From NCBI RefSeq assembly GCF_036321535.1, contig NC_087436.1, positions 100,132,001 through 100,196,000 of the forward strand: a stretch of DNA of 64,000 nt, read 5' to 3'. Shown piece by piece: positions 14,336-26,999 of this stretch. The notes under the pieces were generated by a model. That model was given only the letters and a program-made list of their open reading frames with translations. It had not been told where the DNA came from and made no database searches. Position 1 is the stretch's first letter, and each line of letters starts with the position of its first letter. Made by a program: the position numbers and the translations under genes. This DNA comes from Camelus dromedarius. Taxonomy: Eukaryota.

Positions 14336-14715
14336 TGTCTCAGCTTGGGCTTCCATAACAAACTATTATACTGTGTGGCTTAAGGAGCAGAAATTTATTT
14401 CTTAATGGTTCTAGAGGCTGGGGCATCCAAGATTAAGGTGCCAGCTGATTCAGTTTCTGGTGAGAGCTCTCTCCTTGCTTTGCAGACAACTGCTTTCTTG
14501 CTGTGTGCTGACATTGCCCTTCCTCAGGGCAGGCATGTGAAGAAAGAGATTTCTCTTTCTATTCTTATAAGGCCACCGATTCTGTCTAATTAGGACCCCA
14601 CCCTAAGACCTTGTTTAATGTTAATTACCTCCTATGATCCCTATCCCCTAATACAGGTGCACTGGGGATGAAGGCTTCAGTATATGAATTTGAGGGGGAT
14701 ATCATTCTGCCCATA
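14336..14715 (-). mobile_element. MaLR solo LTR (MLT1A/A0-like)
   Basis: ccataacaaaa...gaaatttatttc...ggttctagaggctgggg..tccaagattaaggtgccagctgattcagtttctggtgag...ggcttcagtatatgaatttgagggggat. Confidence 0.9.
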
Positions 14716-15246
14716 TGAAAGTATGAGTGGGGTTCAAGGACAAGTGAGGGACCCCACAGAGAGCCAAATGGGACTCCAGTCATAAGATATCTGCCTGCAC
14801 CCTAATCACTCATGTCAGGAAGACATAAACCAGAAAACACAAAGAACATTCCTCTCCCAACATGTAATTGTTTTAGCCCAACTAACAACCCTGAGTTATG
14901 ACCCAACAAAGCCCCTCCCTCCAAATTCCTCAAGCATACAGACCACCTACCTCCTCCTAAAGATAAACTGTTTCTTCCCCAGGCATAACAAACTTAAGTC
15001 CTTAAGATCAATTAATGTCTGGAAGCCTTCAACAAGACCCCCTTCCTTAGAGCACAGCACATAGATGGTCTCGTCCTTCCTTATAAAAAACTCTTAAGAT
15101 TCTGCCCTCAGGGCACACAGACATCTCTAGTCTGTCTCCTCGCTGTTGCCTTGAGCAGCATATCTAATAAAACTTTCTGTCATTTTTCTTTGTTTCTAAT
15201 AAATTCTTTTACTGCCCACAGTCCCTGTCTGCCTTGTCCCACAACA
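14716..15246 (+). mobile_element. Solo ERV LTR (probably ERV1-class, lineage-specific)
   Basis: About 530 bp starting TG and ending near CA. TATAAAA at 15082 and AATAAA at 15166 and 15198 are in U3-R-U5 order. Confidence 0.7.
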
Positions 15247-17599
15247 GTACATACTTACTTTTGTTACCACAACATAATCTCTAAAAAGATTCGGTCTGGT
15301 AGCCAGAGAAATTCCTGGAAAGCATATGAATTATCTTACAATAATAATTTTAGAAGGTCTTCCATTCTTCTTACTAGAAAAATCAAACAAAATACAGTTT
15401 GTTACTTTTAGATAAAACTGACCTTTCGGTGCAAAATGAATTGGCACTCAGTGGTCTCTTATGTAAAGTACAGCTAATAAGAGGAAGAATGAAGTGATTA
15501 AGAAACACTTCAGAATTAGGACTTCGACCATAATTATCCACAAGTCAAGACCAAAACTATGAATAATGAATATCACATAAGAGAGGTTAGAGATAATGCT
15601 GGAGGAAAGTGTCGCCTCACTTAATTAACAATCCCAAGACAGAGAGTTTTCAATGGGAGAAGGATTTGAATTTCTCATGTGCTGTGTATATTTCCTTAAT
15701 TTATTAAATAATAGCTTTCTTGGCCAGTATATCAATTTGGCATTGTTTCACGAGCTATGATTCTTAAAAGCTTGTTAATGCTTTTGATTCAAGAGAACAC
15801 ATCCATTGAAGTTTGACTGTTGATGAAGAGTGCTATTGGAATTTCAGTTTTTTTGGTGTCATTTTTAATTAAACCTGTGAATCTTTATACTTTAATTTAC
15901 AATGTGTGTGGCATTTATGTCTTCACATGTTCTCATAAGTGACTCTCAGTTTCCCTAAGTGAATAAAATAGTGATCAGTTCATTGATTTCTAAAATGTTT
16001 AATAAATTAGAAAATCTCACTCAAAACTGAAGGTGGCATGAGCTGCAAAAGCTGATTTCTTTTCAGTTTTCTGTGCATAGGAGAGCCCTAGAGAAATAAT
16101 TTCTGAATAGCTTTATCTGAATGTGTATTGCTGCTCTCTCTCATATTAGGTAGACGTCTCTGTTTTGGGATATAATTGTAAAAATTCTCATCTAAAGTCT
16201 ATCATGACTATTCACCCAGTTTGAGAGTGAATTTTCAGCTTCATATTTTCTGGTGAAAAAGCTTACAAAGGGAAACATGTGTCTCTCATTTAGTTTATGG
16301 AATTTCAGTCCCATTTGGGACATTGACGTTAAATCAATGAAAGGCTAGAACTGCGGTAATGGTGGATCAATTTTCTAAAATAGTTTCAATCTTCTTTAAT
16401 TGAAATAAAATGTTTAGGATAAGTTTTATCTAATGACAATCCAACCTGAAACAGAAATTTTTCTAACAGACCATTAACTTCATTATTTTACATTTCCAAA
16501 AGTACTCAGGTCATCTCTTCCAAATCGAATAGAAGAGAATATACAATTAAGACAAGTCTCTGTTTAATGAAAGTGGAAAAACAAATATTTTTAAGGTCAA
16601 TTATTTGAATATAACACACAGAAGTGTGGTGGAGGTTGTTTGCTAAGATACAGCTATCTTATACTCCATTATTTTATAACAAACAATATAAATAGTTCAG
16701 TGTTGATTTTATGAGAATAAAAATGATTTTTTTAGAAAAAGCATTTATCTTCACACTAAAACATTTATTAACAACTTTTCCTCCCTAAAGAATAGCTACA
16801 GGCAAAATCTGAATTTTGAAATTCACCCACATTAGAATTTTTGTGGCCCATGGACAAAAATGAAACCACATACTTCCTCCAGTTTCCTAATTGGAAAGTT
16901 CTGAATGTCATTAATTTATGACTTTGGAAGCTAACCACCTCTGTCCTGGAACCAGGAGTGGAAAATATTAGCTGTAGTATAAAATTTTAAGAAAAATAGA
17001 TCAAGCAATTTAAAATAAGGCTGAGATAAATTTTCCTCTGCAAAACTCCCACACTCTACTTTATAATCAATTTGTTGCAAATATTCATTCAAAGTGTTTT
17101 AGGCGCTAACTCTGCAAGTGCTAAGTATGCAAAAAATATGCAAGTTTTAGCAATAAGCAGATTATTATTGTTATTATTTTTAAAGATAATCAATGTGTAC
17201 CTAATAAGTCAAATATGGTAACTGAATGTTATGTAGTATAGAAATAGTGCGACGTGCTAGTGCCCCAAAGGGTTATTTTTCTAAGATAGCTATATCTCAT
17301 AAATTCAAATATCTGTCAAAGTTCAAGAAAATGCTATCAAACTCAATATTTAGATACATAAGAAAAAACTAATAAGAAAGTCCAAGAATGATATTTTCTT
17401 AATTGTTTTATTCTTGCAACTTTGCTTAATGCTTGAATTTCTATTACCTATGAACTGAGTTAGCTGGAGTTTAGGTAAGACTCTACTAAGTCACAGGCAA
17501 ATAATCAAAAGCATTCATTTCCTGTACTTAATTTCATTCGTTTAGATAGTAATAATTGTGCATCTTTTTTCTAGGCCAATATACAAGAATCTATTTATT

Positions 17600-17870
17600 A
17601 AAATTTTTGATAACAGCATGATATTCCATAGCATAGTTGTACCATAATTTATTCCATCATATCTCAGTTAATGAACATCATCAAGGTATTTTTTTTCCTT
17701 TTTTTTTTTTTTTGGCTAATCAAACAATGTTTTAATATTGACAAGTAATCTACCTATTCCATGCTTATGTTACAATGAAAATAAAATTCCCCAGAGATGA
17801 ATTAATGTCATTAAAAAATAACTGTGCATTAATTGTGCATTTTAATTGAGATTAGTACATAATTGATAGG
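17600..17870 (-). mobile_element. L1ME-like fragment
   Basis: atattccatagcatagttgtaccataatttatt...aattcccagagatgaaatt. Confidence 0.65.
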
Positions 17871-19821
17871 TTGAGCTTTTTAGTATAGAGGAAATCTAGC
17901 AATCATGCATTAAGTATAAATATGTAAATTAATAAAATCTGAGTCTAACAGTATCTTTCCCCCTTAAAAAAACAAAGAATATTTAAGATCATTTTGTCAA
18001 GTTTGAGAATTTTTTATATTCTATTTTATTAGGAATGGTTTTAGTGACAGAATTGGAGACTTAGAATGCTGGAATTTCCATATTATTGGAGAAACTGATA
18101 TTATAATTATTCAGCCAATTAGAATGCATTGCTTACCAAGACTCTTTTTTAATATCAAACAATATTTTCTGCTTTGTTAATTTAACAATCACCTTACTTC
18201 ATGATAGCTTATACACAACCATGTGGTGTATTTATTTTCATTTATTTAGTCATTTGTTTAAAAAACAAACATGTACAAAGGTGTAGACAATGGAATTGTC
18301 AATTAAACAGGAAATGGTATAATTGAATTTCTACTAAGTTAGAATGTGTGAAAATGGAAAGAAGTCTAAAATTTGTCTCACAAGTAGTTGCAGTCACTCC
18401 ATTTATTTCCTGTGCAAATATGGAAACATTACTTTAACTTTGTGATTTAACTTCAGATATTTAAGAGTATATCTCTATGTTACATTTTCAAGTATCTATA
18501 CTATGTAAGAAATACTTTTACATTATAACTCCACTGGAAGCATAACGATTGAGGAATATTTTCAACAAACTTGACATGACAACTAAAGTAAAGTAATATC
18601 TGTTAGTTGCACAAATAAAATAAAGAAAATATTTCCAGTATCAGAAAGTATTTACCATAACTTTTTTATTGACAAACCAGCGTAGAACCCACTGAGTCTG
18701 TATACAGATATAGCACACAGCATTCTGGAGCCTTCAAATTTCATTTCCATTTAGAGTGATTTGAAATGCTATTTCATAGTAACATGTGATAACACATTTG
18801 CCAAAATGTCTCTCAATCTGTTTCAACAGATGTTGAAAATGAGTTATTTCTAGTTGTATAATATGTGGAGAAAAAAACAAAAAACAGTTCAAATAATTTT
18901 ATTATCTTGGCCTCAAAAAAAAAAAAAGATAAAAAAAAGATAACAGAGACCGCAGATTTGACATTGTATTACTCTCAGATAGTCATTGAACTTACAAAAG
19001 GTGCCAATGTTGTGGTTTAGAGAAAGCAATAGATATTCTAAACAAAGCAGCTCCATCTGACCAGGAATTATATTTCTGTTGAGCATCTCTGTGTCTGTAT
19101 TCTGTCACACCTCAAACCAAGCTACATGACATTATCTTGGAAATCTACTTTTTCACATTTTAAAATGTTTTGAAATACCTCCAGGTGTCCTTGGAACAGA
19201 CAACATTTCTAAGAGCATTATCAAAAACTCTTACATGCCAAACAGTATCTTTCAAGAAAGGCTCTTATATGGCACTGTGAAAAGTAAAAAAAAAAAACCA
19301 AAAAACTTAGAAGACAAAGTGGATATTGGAAAAATATTTGTGAGTAAGAAGGGACATAGTACTAAAAGTCAAATCACTCAGCCTGTGCTAATAAGAAAAA
19401 TCCTTCAGATGAACTATTTAATTGAGTTTAACAAGGCTGTTTATAGCTAATCCTAAATGCACTAATAGGAAACTGAAGGCCTATACTCAGTGTTAGTTTT
19501 GCTCCCTTTAGATCTTGCTCATAATTACCGTTTGGTCTTTAATTATTCTGCTTCTCATTCTCAATTTATGATTAAGAGCAACAGCATGCCCCCGAGACTG
19601 AAAGTGCTGAGGTGGGCAGGAATAAAACAGGGGATGGCAAATCCTTTAGTCTGTTGGTCCAGGTGGCCACAACAGATTCTGTTTTTTTTTTCCCCCTTTC
19701 CTTTTGTTTTCAAGCCAGTTGTTCCAGAATAAAAATGAAGCAAAAATCCTTCAAGGAAACCAGTGTATGTGTTTCCAAACGCAGGCCAGAACAATATTTT
19801 CATAACATTTTATATATATTT

Positions 19822-20070
19822 AATGGTGAGGCTAGCAGTGAGTAAGCCCTTGAACCCTGGGTTCATAATACAGTCTAATCCCAACTCTCTAATTTCCTGG
19901 TTTCATGACTTTGGAGAAGATTCTTAAGCTGTTTTGGTCACCGCACATTTAGGAATGATACAATATGGCACCGAATGCAAGAGCTGTTTTGTTGAGTACC
20001 TCAAGATGTGCAAGTCATTTTGAACACTACCCGGCATATTATAAGCTCTCAAATTTAGATAAGATATAAC
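19822..20070 (+). mobile_element. MIR SINE
   Basis: aatcccaactct...catgactttggagaag...ccggcatattataagctctcaa. Confidence 0.65.
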
Positions 20071-21304
20071 TGTTGTTTTTATTGACCAAAATGCTTTGGG
20101 TGATAATGAGCAGATCTCACGAATTACAAATTGGAGACGTTTTCAGTTGACTTTAACACTTTCCTCCAAACAGAGAGAGCATAGAATTATATAATCAAAC
20201 ATATTAAACATAAATCTGAGAAGTGTAAGGAGAATATAAAATAATGCTTGTAACTTTTAACTATTTTTATCATGTTTATTCAAATAACTACTTAAATTCA
20301 TGGCAAACTTTATAAACAACCTTCATATCCTAAACTAGAAACATTTTCTCTAAACTCTGCTTCCAACAAAAATCAGTTAATTGTGACAAAAGAGAAATTA
20401 AAAAATCCCAACAAAAGTATTAAAATGTAATTAGACCCCAAGAGAAGCCCATATACTTGACTCTTTGGTGATATGAATAGTGAAAAGGGTTTAAGAAATT
20501 CACAGGACAGTATAAAGCAGTGAGGATAAAGCCAGAATCTGTGGGGCAGATGATGGTATTTTAATGTCAGTTAGGGCAAACAGAAATAGCCAGGGCATGA
20601 TACAGGAACATTTATTAAGTCATTTATTTTATCATGTGTCTAAAGGAATAAATTGTTGGGCATTCATTACTCTGTGTAATAGACTCATGTAGGCCCATTT
20701 GATGTCCTAAATCATGTCCTCGAGGAATCTGCAAGCTCTCTCTGGTCCCCTTCAAGTGCTCAGATCAGTGTGATGTATACATTTTGGGTCCTTCTAAGGA
20801 AGTTCCTATTAAAAAAATGTAGTCATTCTGTCTTTCCTGATGTCATAGTAATACCCGCATGGAAGTAATCTTTCCCTTATCTAAATTCTTGTTGCATTAT
20901 ATCCATGAATCTCTCCATGCCTTTTATTAGCATCCTCTAGAGACTTATGTAACACTGTTTGGAACCAGGAGGCCACAGGTCCTCATGGCTTTGACAGGGA
21001 TGAGGCATGATGAACTAGGTTAACTCAGATTTAATTGGCCTGTTACCCCGTCGTGAACACCATTGGGCCCCACCTTTCTCCCAGAAAAGCCCCAAAGTTC
21101 TTTTGGAGTCCTCTGCCCTGAGCCATTGTGGTGACCCAAAGCCCAGCTGTGTGCAGCAGACAAGCAGTGGTGAGTGTCTTCTAATCACATGTTACAGAAA
21201 GAGCCGTCATACTCCAGTCATGTATTCTCCTGGTTTATTACAAAATTTAGTAAAAATTGTTGCTTCCGCTTTTACTGACAGGCCCGTCACTCTTTCAGCG
21301 TCAG

Positions 21305-21575
21305 CAACAATGCTAAGGACTAATATTGAGTGAGAACCTGCTGCCTTACGATGTGCCAAACCCTGTTCTGAGTTCTCTCCATGGATTGTCTTGTGGACTC
21401 CAAGGCCACCACCTCTGAGGCTGGCACTATTAATTTCACTCCCTGTCCCCTTTTATAAACGGAGAAACTCAGCCCCAGGAAGGTGACGCAGCTTACCTCG
21501 GGTGACATCCTTCCAAAATGGCAGCGCCAAGATCTGAACCCAGGTGGTCTGACTCCAGAGCCTGCAGACTTTAAG
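21305..21575 (-). mobile_element. MIR SINE
   Basis: ttacgatgtgccaaaccctgttctg...gagaaactcagccccag...tgaacccaggtggtctgactccagagcc. Confidence 0.85.
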
Positions 21576-21821
21576 GAAAGAGGAGGCTGAGCTGGGAGCA
21601 GATGGGAACATCAGCCATTATCCTCAGATTTTGTTTTTTTTCTTTTCTTCTGCTAAGTTTATGTTACTCGGTCCATCTTCATGGTCAGTTTTTGCTCCAC
21701 TGGATATCTTCCTAAGGACTCAGAACCCACAAATAGAGACATCACTAATGACAGCCCAGCTTTTGTCCAGACCTCTAAAAATATATGACTCATTTAGACT
21801 CAAATAAGAATTCTTCTCAAT

Positions 21822-22219
21822 CAGGGGTTAGTAAAAAGTTGATATGAATGACCAGATAGCAAGTATTTTAAAATTTGCAGGCCACCCAGTCTCTGGGGAA
21901 ATTACTCAGTTCTGCAGTTCTAGAACAAAAGCAGTACAGATAATATGTAAAAGCAGGGCCTGGCCCAGCCGGGGGTTGAGTTAAGGGTGAGGTACCTGGG
22001 GCAAAGTTTAAGGGGCACTTATTTATAGGGTCATTGGAGTGTCGGCCCTGAAAGTCAGCGCCTCTTTAAATATTGTGCTTTTGAGGCCTTACTTTCCTCA
22101 TGCTAGGCTCTTTCCTGAGCACAGGGATGGGTGTAGCTGTATTCCAAGAGAACTTTATTTACAAAAAGAAGTGCTCAAGACTAGAATTTGGCCTCTGGGT
22201 GGTGGAGTGCAGACCCCTG
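21822..22219 (+). mobile_element. hAT-Charlie MER58A-like DNA transposon (host of a nested MER91)
   Basis: Terminal inverted repeats caggggtt.../...gacccctg; ccagatag..aaatttgcaggcca, actcagttctgc and aactttatttacaaaa motifs. Confidence 0.85.
21954..22117. mobile_element. hAT-Tip100 MER91A-like palindromic MITE
   Basis: cagggcc...ggtgagg..cctggggcaaagtttaaggggcact pairs with cgcctctttaaatattgtgc...cctca..ctagg...cctg; internal self-complementarity. Confidence 0.8.
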
Positions 22220-23402
22220 CGCTGCATGCACGTGCTTTCTCATAGTCTCTGACAAGCTACTTATTACTCCAATAAATGATTCCTACCTGAGTTGTCCTAT
22301 GTTCCTTTGGTTACTTACAAGCGCATCCTGAATGTGATAGAAAGTCAATCAATACAAATAAAAGAATGTGTTTGTACAAAGGCAAAACCTTTCATAGCCT
22401 ATGAGCTTGTTCAGCTTGCAATAACGAACAGAAATACAAGTAACTGTAAGTTGGAAATCGAAGTTGGAGGAAGGTGAGAAACAGGCTGTGTTGCTTCCTG
22501 TGTCTCGTAGAGTTGTGGGCCCATTTCTTGCCTGGAGGACATGAGAGAAGGAGGGAAAGAAATACTGCATTCAGATGTTAGGGGGGAAAAGTAGAAAGAA
22601 GAGGAGAGAATTTGAATGTCAATGATAAGTGGCTTGGAGGAGAATAGTAGCTTTAGGTAACAGCAAGCACAAAGGCGGGAATCATATCAGAACTCCCGGT
22701 AGTCAGAGTCGGGCTGCTCCCCACAATATCACTCCTGTACACTTACACAGGGGGTTCAAACTTGAACGTACACTTGTTCTACTCAGGATTGATGCATTGC
22801 CTCTGATGTTTTCCAGGTTTAAGAACAGTCTTACAAGGAATTTGTGAGGATTTTATCCCACTGCCATGAAAACAGAAAATGGATAAAATACCTTGAGGTA
22901 TTTGGCACCTGAAACGGGAATCACACACCATTGCTGGTGTCCACCGTTAGTAGCAATAGGAGATGGTGTTTATCCAACGATGGTGGAGATAGAAAATAGC
23001 ATCTCAAGTGCTACCCCATGAGGGGAGACAAAATAAAATATGAAGGAAATGGTAGATGCTGAGAAGCATTGGACATAAGTTACATGTTACTACTATGTGA
23101 AAGCCTCTCAGGGATTTCCAGAAGTAAGGAGAGAGTTGAATCATTAGAAAACATATTTTCTATGAGCATCTGAGATCAAGAGCCAGGAATCATGAGTTCC
23201 ATTATGATGATCAAATGATGATATTCAGTTAAAACCAATCATGTGACTCTATTGTGACTATTAAAATATTTTAAAACTATATGAAACAAAGAGAAAAATC
23301 TCCTCTTCTGCAGCTTCATACAGTAAAATGTAGAAAAGGGCAGATTGAAGTATATTAAATCTTACTTTCATTTCTCTTCTTTTACCCCTATTCTCCATCC
23401 AG

Positions 23403-23595
23403 AAGTGTCACCAGTGCCTGCTGGAGACTTGTGCCATCTTTTAGTGATTGGATTTTTAAGGACGTCAGAGAAATACTCAAAAAATACAAAGACTATGAAA
23501 AACATTGGAGTCCTACACCCTGGCTCCTGCATCACCTACAAGAACTCAAGACAGCAGGTATCACAAGGTGAAAGTTGGGGGAGAAAGAATTCATG
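23403..23595 (+). other. Candidate internal exon (193 nt), coding status unknown
   Basis: Long polypyrimidine tract ending ccatccag; donor ATG|gtaagt; unique sequence; one frame open throughout. Confidence 0.3.
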
Positions 23596-25058
23596 GTAAG
23601 TCTTCACTGTTTGAATAAGCATCAATATTAAATCTCACTTGCTAGAGATAACAAGTAAGTTTTTAAAATTATGCCACTTGGAACTGCCTATTTTAAATTC
23701 TGAATAGGACAGCAAATTCTGAGGGAAAATAATCAGAAGAGAATGTCTATACTCTAACTGGGATGTACCTCATTATACTAATCAGTTCTAATAAGGAAAT
23801 TTTATAATTCTGCTTTTCAGTACATCTGCTCCATGATTCTCACAGTCATAATAAACTTGGATATTGGAACCACTAGATTCTCCTTATTTTGAATTCTTGG
23901 AAGAGAGTAAGGCAAATTTTGCCAATGTCATTTGACAATTTAAGAATAGTTTAATATATTTGAAATTAAATATGTAAGGGCATAAAAATAGACTTATGCA
24001 TTGTGTGTGTGTGTGTTTTAGTTCTCCTTGAAAAACCTGAGTTACAGTCTGGATTACCCTGGGTTCTCTCATCTATCACTTTAATTAAACTCAATAGTTC
24101 ACTTTAACCGAACCCTGTGAACAATTCGACTGATTCCCATTAGCTGAGCCCTAATGATAAGCTGGATCTGGGGAACATCTCTCCTGGCACCCTGCCAGAA
24201 ACCAAAACAACAAAAAAGGGTGATCAAGAAGTCATCTCACAAAAATAAAAATGCAGAGGTGAGATGGATTTTGATGTCTCCTGAAAAGTTGTTTTCATTT
24301 TCTTTCTCCTTCAGAGCTGACTCCTTCACCCTCAAAAAACACATTCTTTCTTTTTCAAATAACATTTTTGCATTACTGTTTTCAGCCATTGATTAAGTTT
24401 CATGTCACTCCTTGACTAGCTGAGGGTCAAAAAGTGGCTGATCACATGCCCAGCACACTCTGCGCTTTCTTCTTTCTTCACTTATAGCAGTTCGTACGCT
24501 ACCGGGAGACTCGAGTGACCCTATGCAGAACAAGATGACCATTTCTCTTATTAAATCAAAGAGAAAGTCTTGGTTGCATAGCTAAGGGATTTTGGAAAGT
24601 CTATTACAAATTTATATCCCCGTTCTTTCTAATAGGCTTAAAATAACTGGTCTCTTTTATAGTTCTCCTTTTTGCCCTTACTTCTCTACTCACTTAACTG
24701 GTATGAATGTACAGCGTTGGCAAACTCAAATTGGGTCATATCCCATAGGAACTCAAGTTCAGAACCTTTTTTTTTTCCTTTTATATCATCTGTGTTTTAT
24801 GATGGGCATAGAGAATTGATAAATGTGCCCCTTCCTGGGATGGGAGGTTACGAGGATACAATTTTTTTTTTCTTTTATCACCTTTGTATTAGAAATTGCA
24901 GCAAAAAGTAGGGTAGATACCATATATACCTGAAATATCTGACCGCTTTTAAAGTCTTGCAGTATAGTTTAAACACAGTTAAGAGACTTTTACAAGTGCA
25001 AAATAAAAACACATTTTAACAATGGCCTCTTAAAGAGCATTGTTCGGAGGCATTGACT

Positions 25059-25306
25059 CTAACTCCACTCAACTGCCATGTCTGGTCGGCTGGAGGAAGC
25101 TGGTCGGCTAACCACAGGACTTGAGTTGTGAGATCTCATGGCCAGCCCTGGGATCTGTGAGCCAATCCAAGGAGACATCATAGATACAGAAGGGACTTCG
25201 CTGTCTGGTGAGAGGAGGAAGGCAGATTGATTGCAGACTTTAGTTGGCTCTGGATCCATCATGATCTTAAGTCTCAGCAGGCTTGTCTCGTTCCAGTTTG
25301 CTTTAC
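25059..25306 (-). CDS. Candidate terminal coding exon (..KANWNETSLLRLKIMMDPEPTK...RPDMAVEWS*), unknown product
   Basis: Acceptor ttttggtttcaag; 81-codon open frame in a locally GC-richer unique block, followed by 3'UTR-like sequence. No homolog recognised. Confidence 0.25.
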
Positions 25307-25579
25307 CTTGAAACCAAAATTAAGGATTTCTGCCTTTTCAGAAATCCTCGGGGATTCAGTGAATCAAGATCCTTTGTGGGACTGAGGATTCAGTGAGCCA
25401 AACATATTTTATGAAGAACAAATGTAAGAAAATGTGTTTAGGAATAAACAGGAGCAGAACTTTGAAGAAGAGATTCTTACTACTTTTTAAATAGTTGGAT
25501 TTTATCTGAGCACAGAAATTACTGAATTTTAGCTTTTGTTTTATGAAAAATTCAGTCTTAAATCTACCTGAGGTTGATT

Positions 25580-26450
25580 TATGCATTCAGTATGTATTTA
25601 CTGAATACCTATTTGCTAAGAGCTAGAAATTCAAATGTGAACAAAAACTGTTTGAATACTTTTTGTGCTTCAGGTGGCTTATGCCCTTGAGCAGATAAAG
25701 TATTAATCAAATAAACAAAAAAAAATATGATAAGGTCTACAAAAAGAACATCATCTGTGTTGTCAGATTATCTAATAGAGAGTTTCACCTAACTGATGAA
25801 TAAGGGAAGACTTGGTAGAGAAAGTGACATCTGAGTTGAAATATAAAGGACAAATTAGAAATTCAAAGGATGCATTACCTGTAGAGGAAAAGGGCACTCT
25901 AGGCGGATGGAAAATCGTGCACTAAGCCAACAAGGCACAGTTTAAAAAGTGAAAAAAAGGCTAGTGTAGATGTCAAATGAGGAGTGGGGATATAGTACAA
26001 GAGGAAGATGGATAAGTAGGGAGGGTCACACCTGCAAATTCCTTTGGAAGATGTCTATACCTTCTTCTTTACACCAAAGGCAATTAGAAGACACTGGGTG
26101 TGGTAAGTATGGATGAGTGTAGGAATGGAGATGGGGACTGACTGTATTTGGAAGTGATCACTTTGTGGAATAGGGTGTTAGGAGATTAATTCTTTAGCCC
26201 AGACAAGAGATACATTTTTTTTTTTTTTTTGGACAAGTAGGGGCAGGTGAAATCTAGAGAACTGGACAGTCCTGAAAACTATTTGAGATATAAAATGGAC
26301 AGAACTTGACAAATAGCTGAGACAGGGAAACATTGTTTCTAGGCTTCCGGTTTGTGAAAATGGTTGTATATTCAGGCTATTCAATTGATGTGGGAGATTC
26401 TGGGATGGGACGGTATCAGCATGTTGGACTGTAAGAGATAGAGAAATGGC
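25580..26450 (-). mobile_element. L2 element
   Basis: cattcagtatgtatttactgaatacct (reverse L2 end), gaaagtgacatctgagttga and ggacagaacttg motifs. Confidence 0.8.
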
Positions 26451-26999
26451 AACAAGAAGACAAAAGGATACATAGAGAAACATGTGATATTAACAAAGTA
26501 ATACTGTATCACACTCCCCAAACTTCTTCTATGTATATATCCTATGTAAGACATTTTATTGTCTGTATCTTGAATAAAAAATAAATAAGGCCAAGACAAG
26601 TTATACAATCAGGTTTAGAATCTAGACATGGTGACCTTGAATTTAAGTCTTTAATAATTTGTAACTGACTAGATTTTGAGCATAGGATGTTAAAAGACTA
26701 TGAATAAAATAGCCAGGTCCTATTGAGGCCACTATATGCATTTGTATAGAATGATCTTATCTCCAGATTCATTTAACGTATATGCCTCCCAAGTGTAGAA
26801 ACCCGACAATGATTTTATTAGATCTTTGGGAATAAACCAATGGAATGTCTCAGAACCTTTGAAGACTTAAGTACCTTATTTAATAGCCTTTTTTCTCTCC
26901 TGCTGGCTTTTTAAGCATTCACATCACCCTGTCTCATCTAGAACACTGAAACTGTGTCCAGCCAATCTCCACTATGTATTCGTGCCTCTCTCAAACCCT

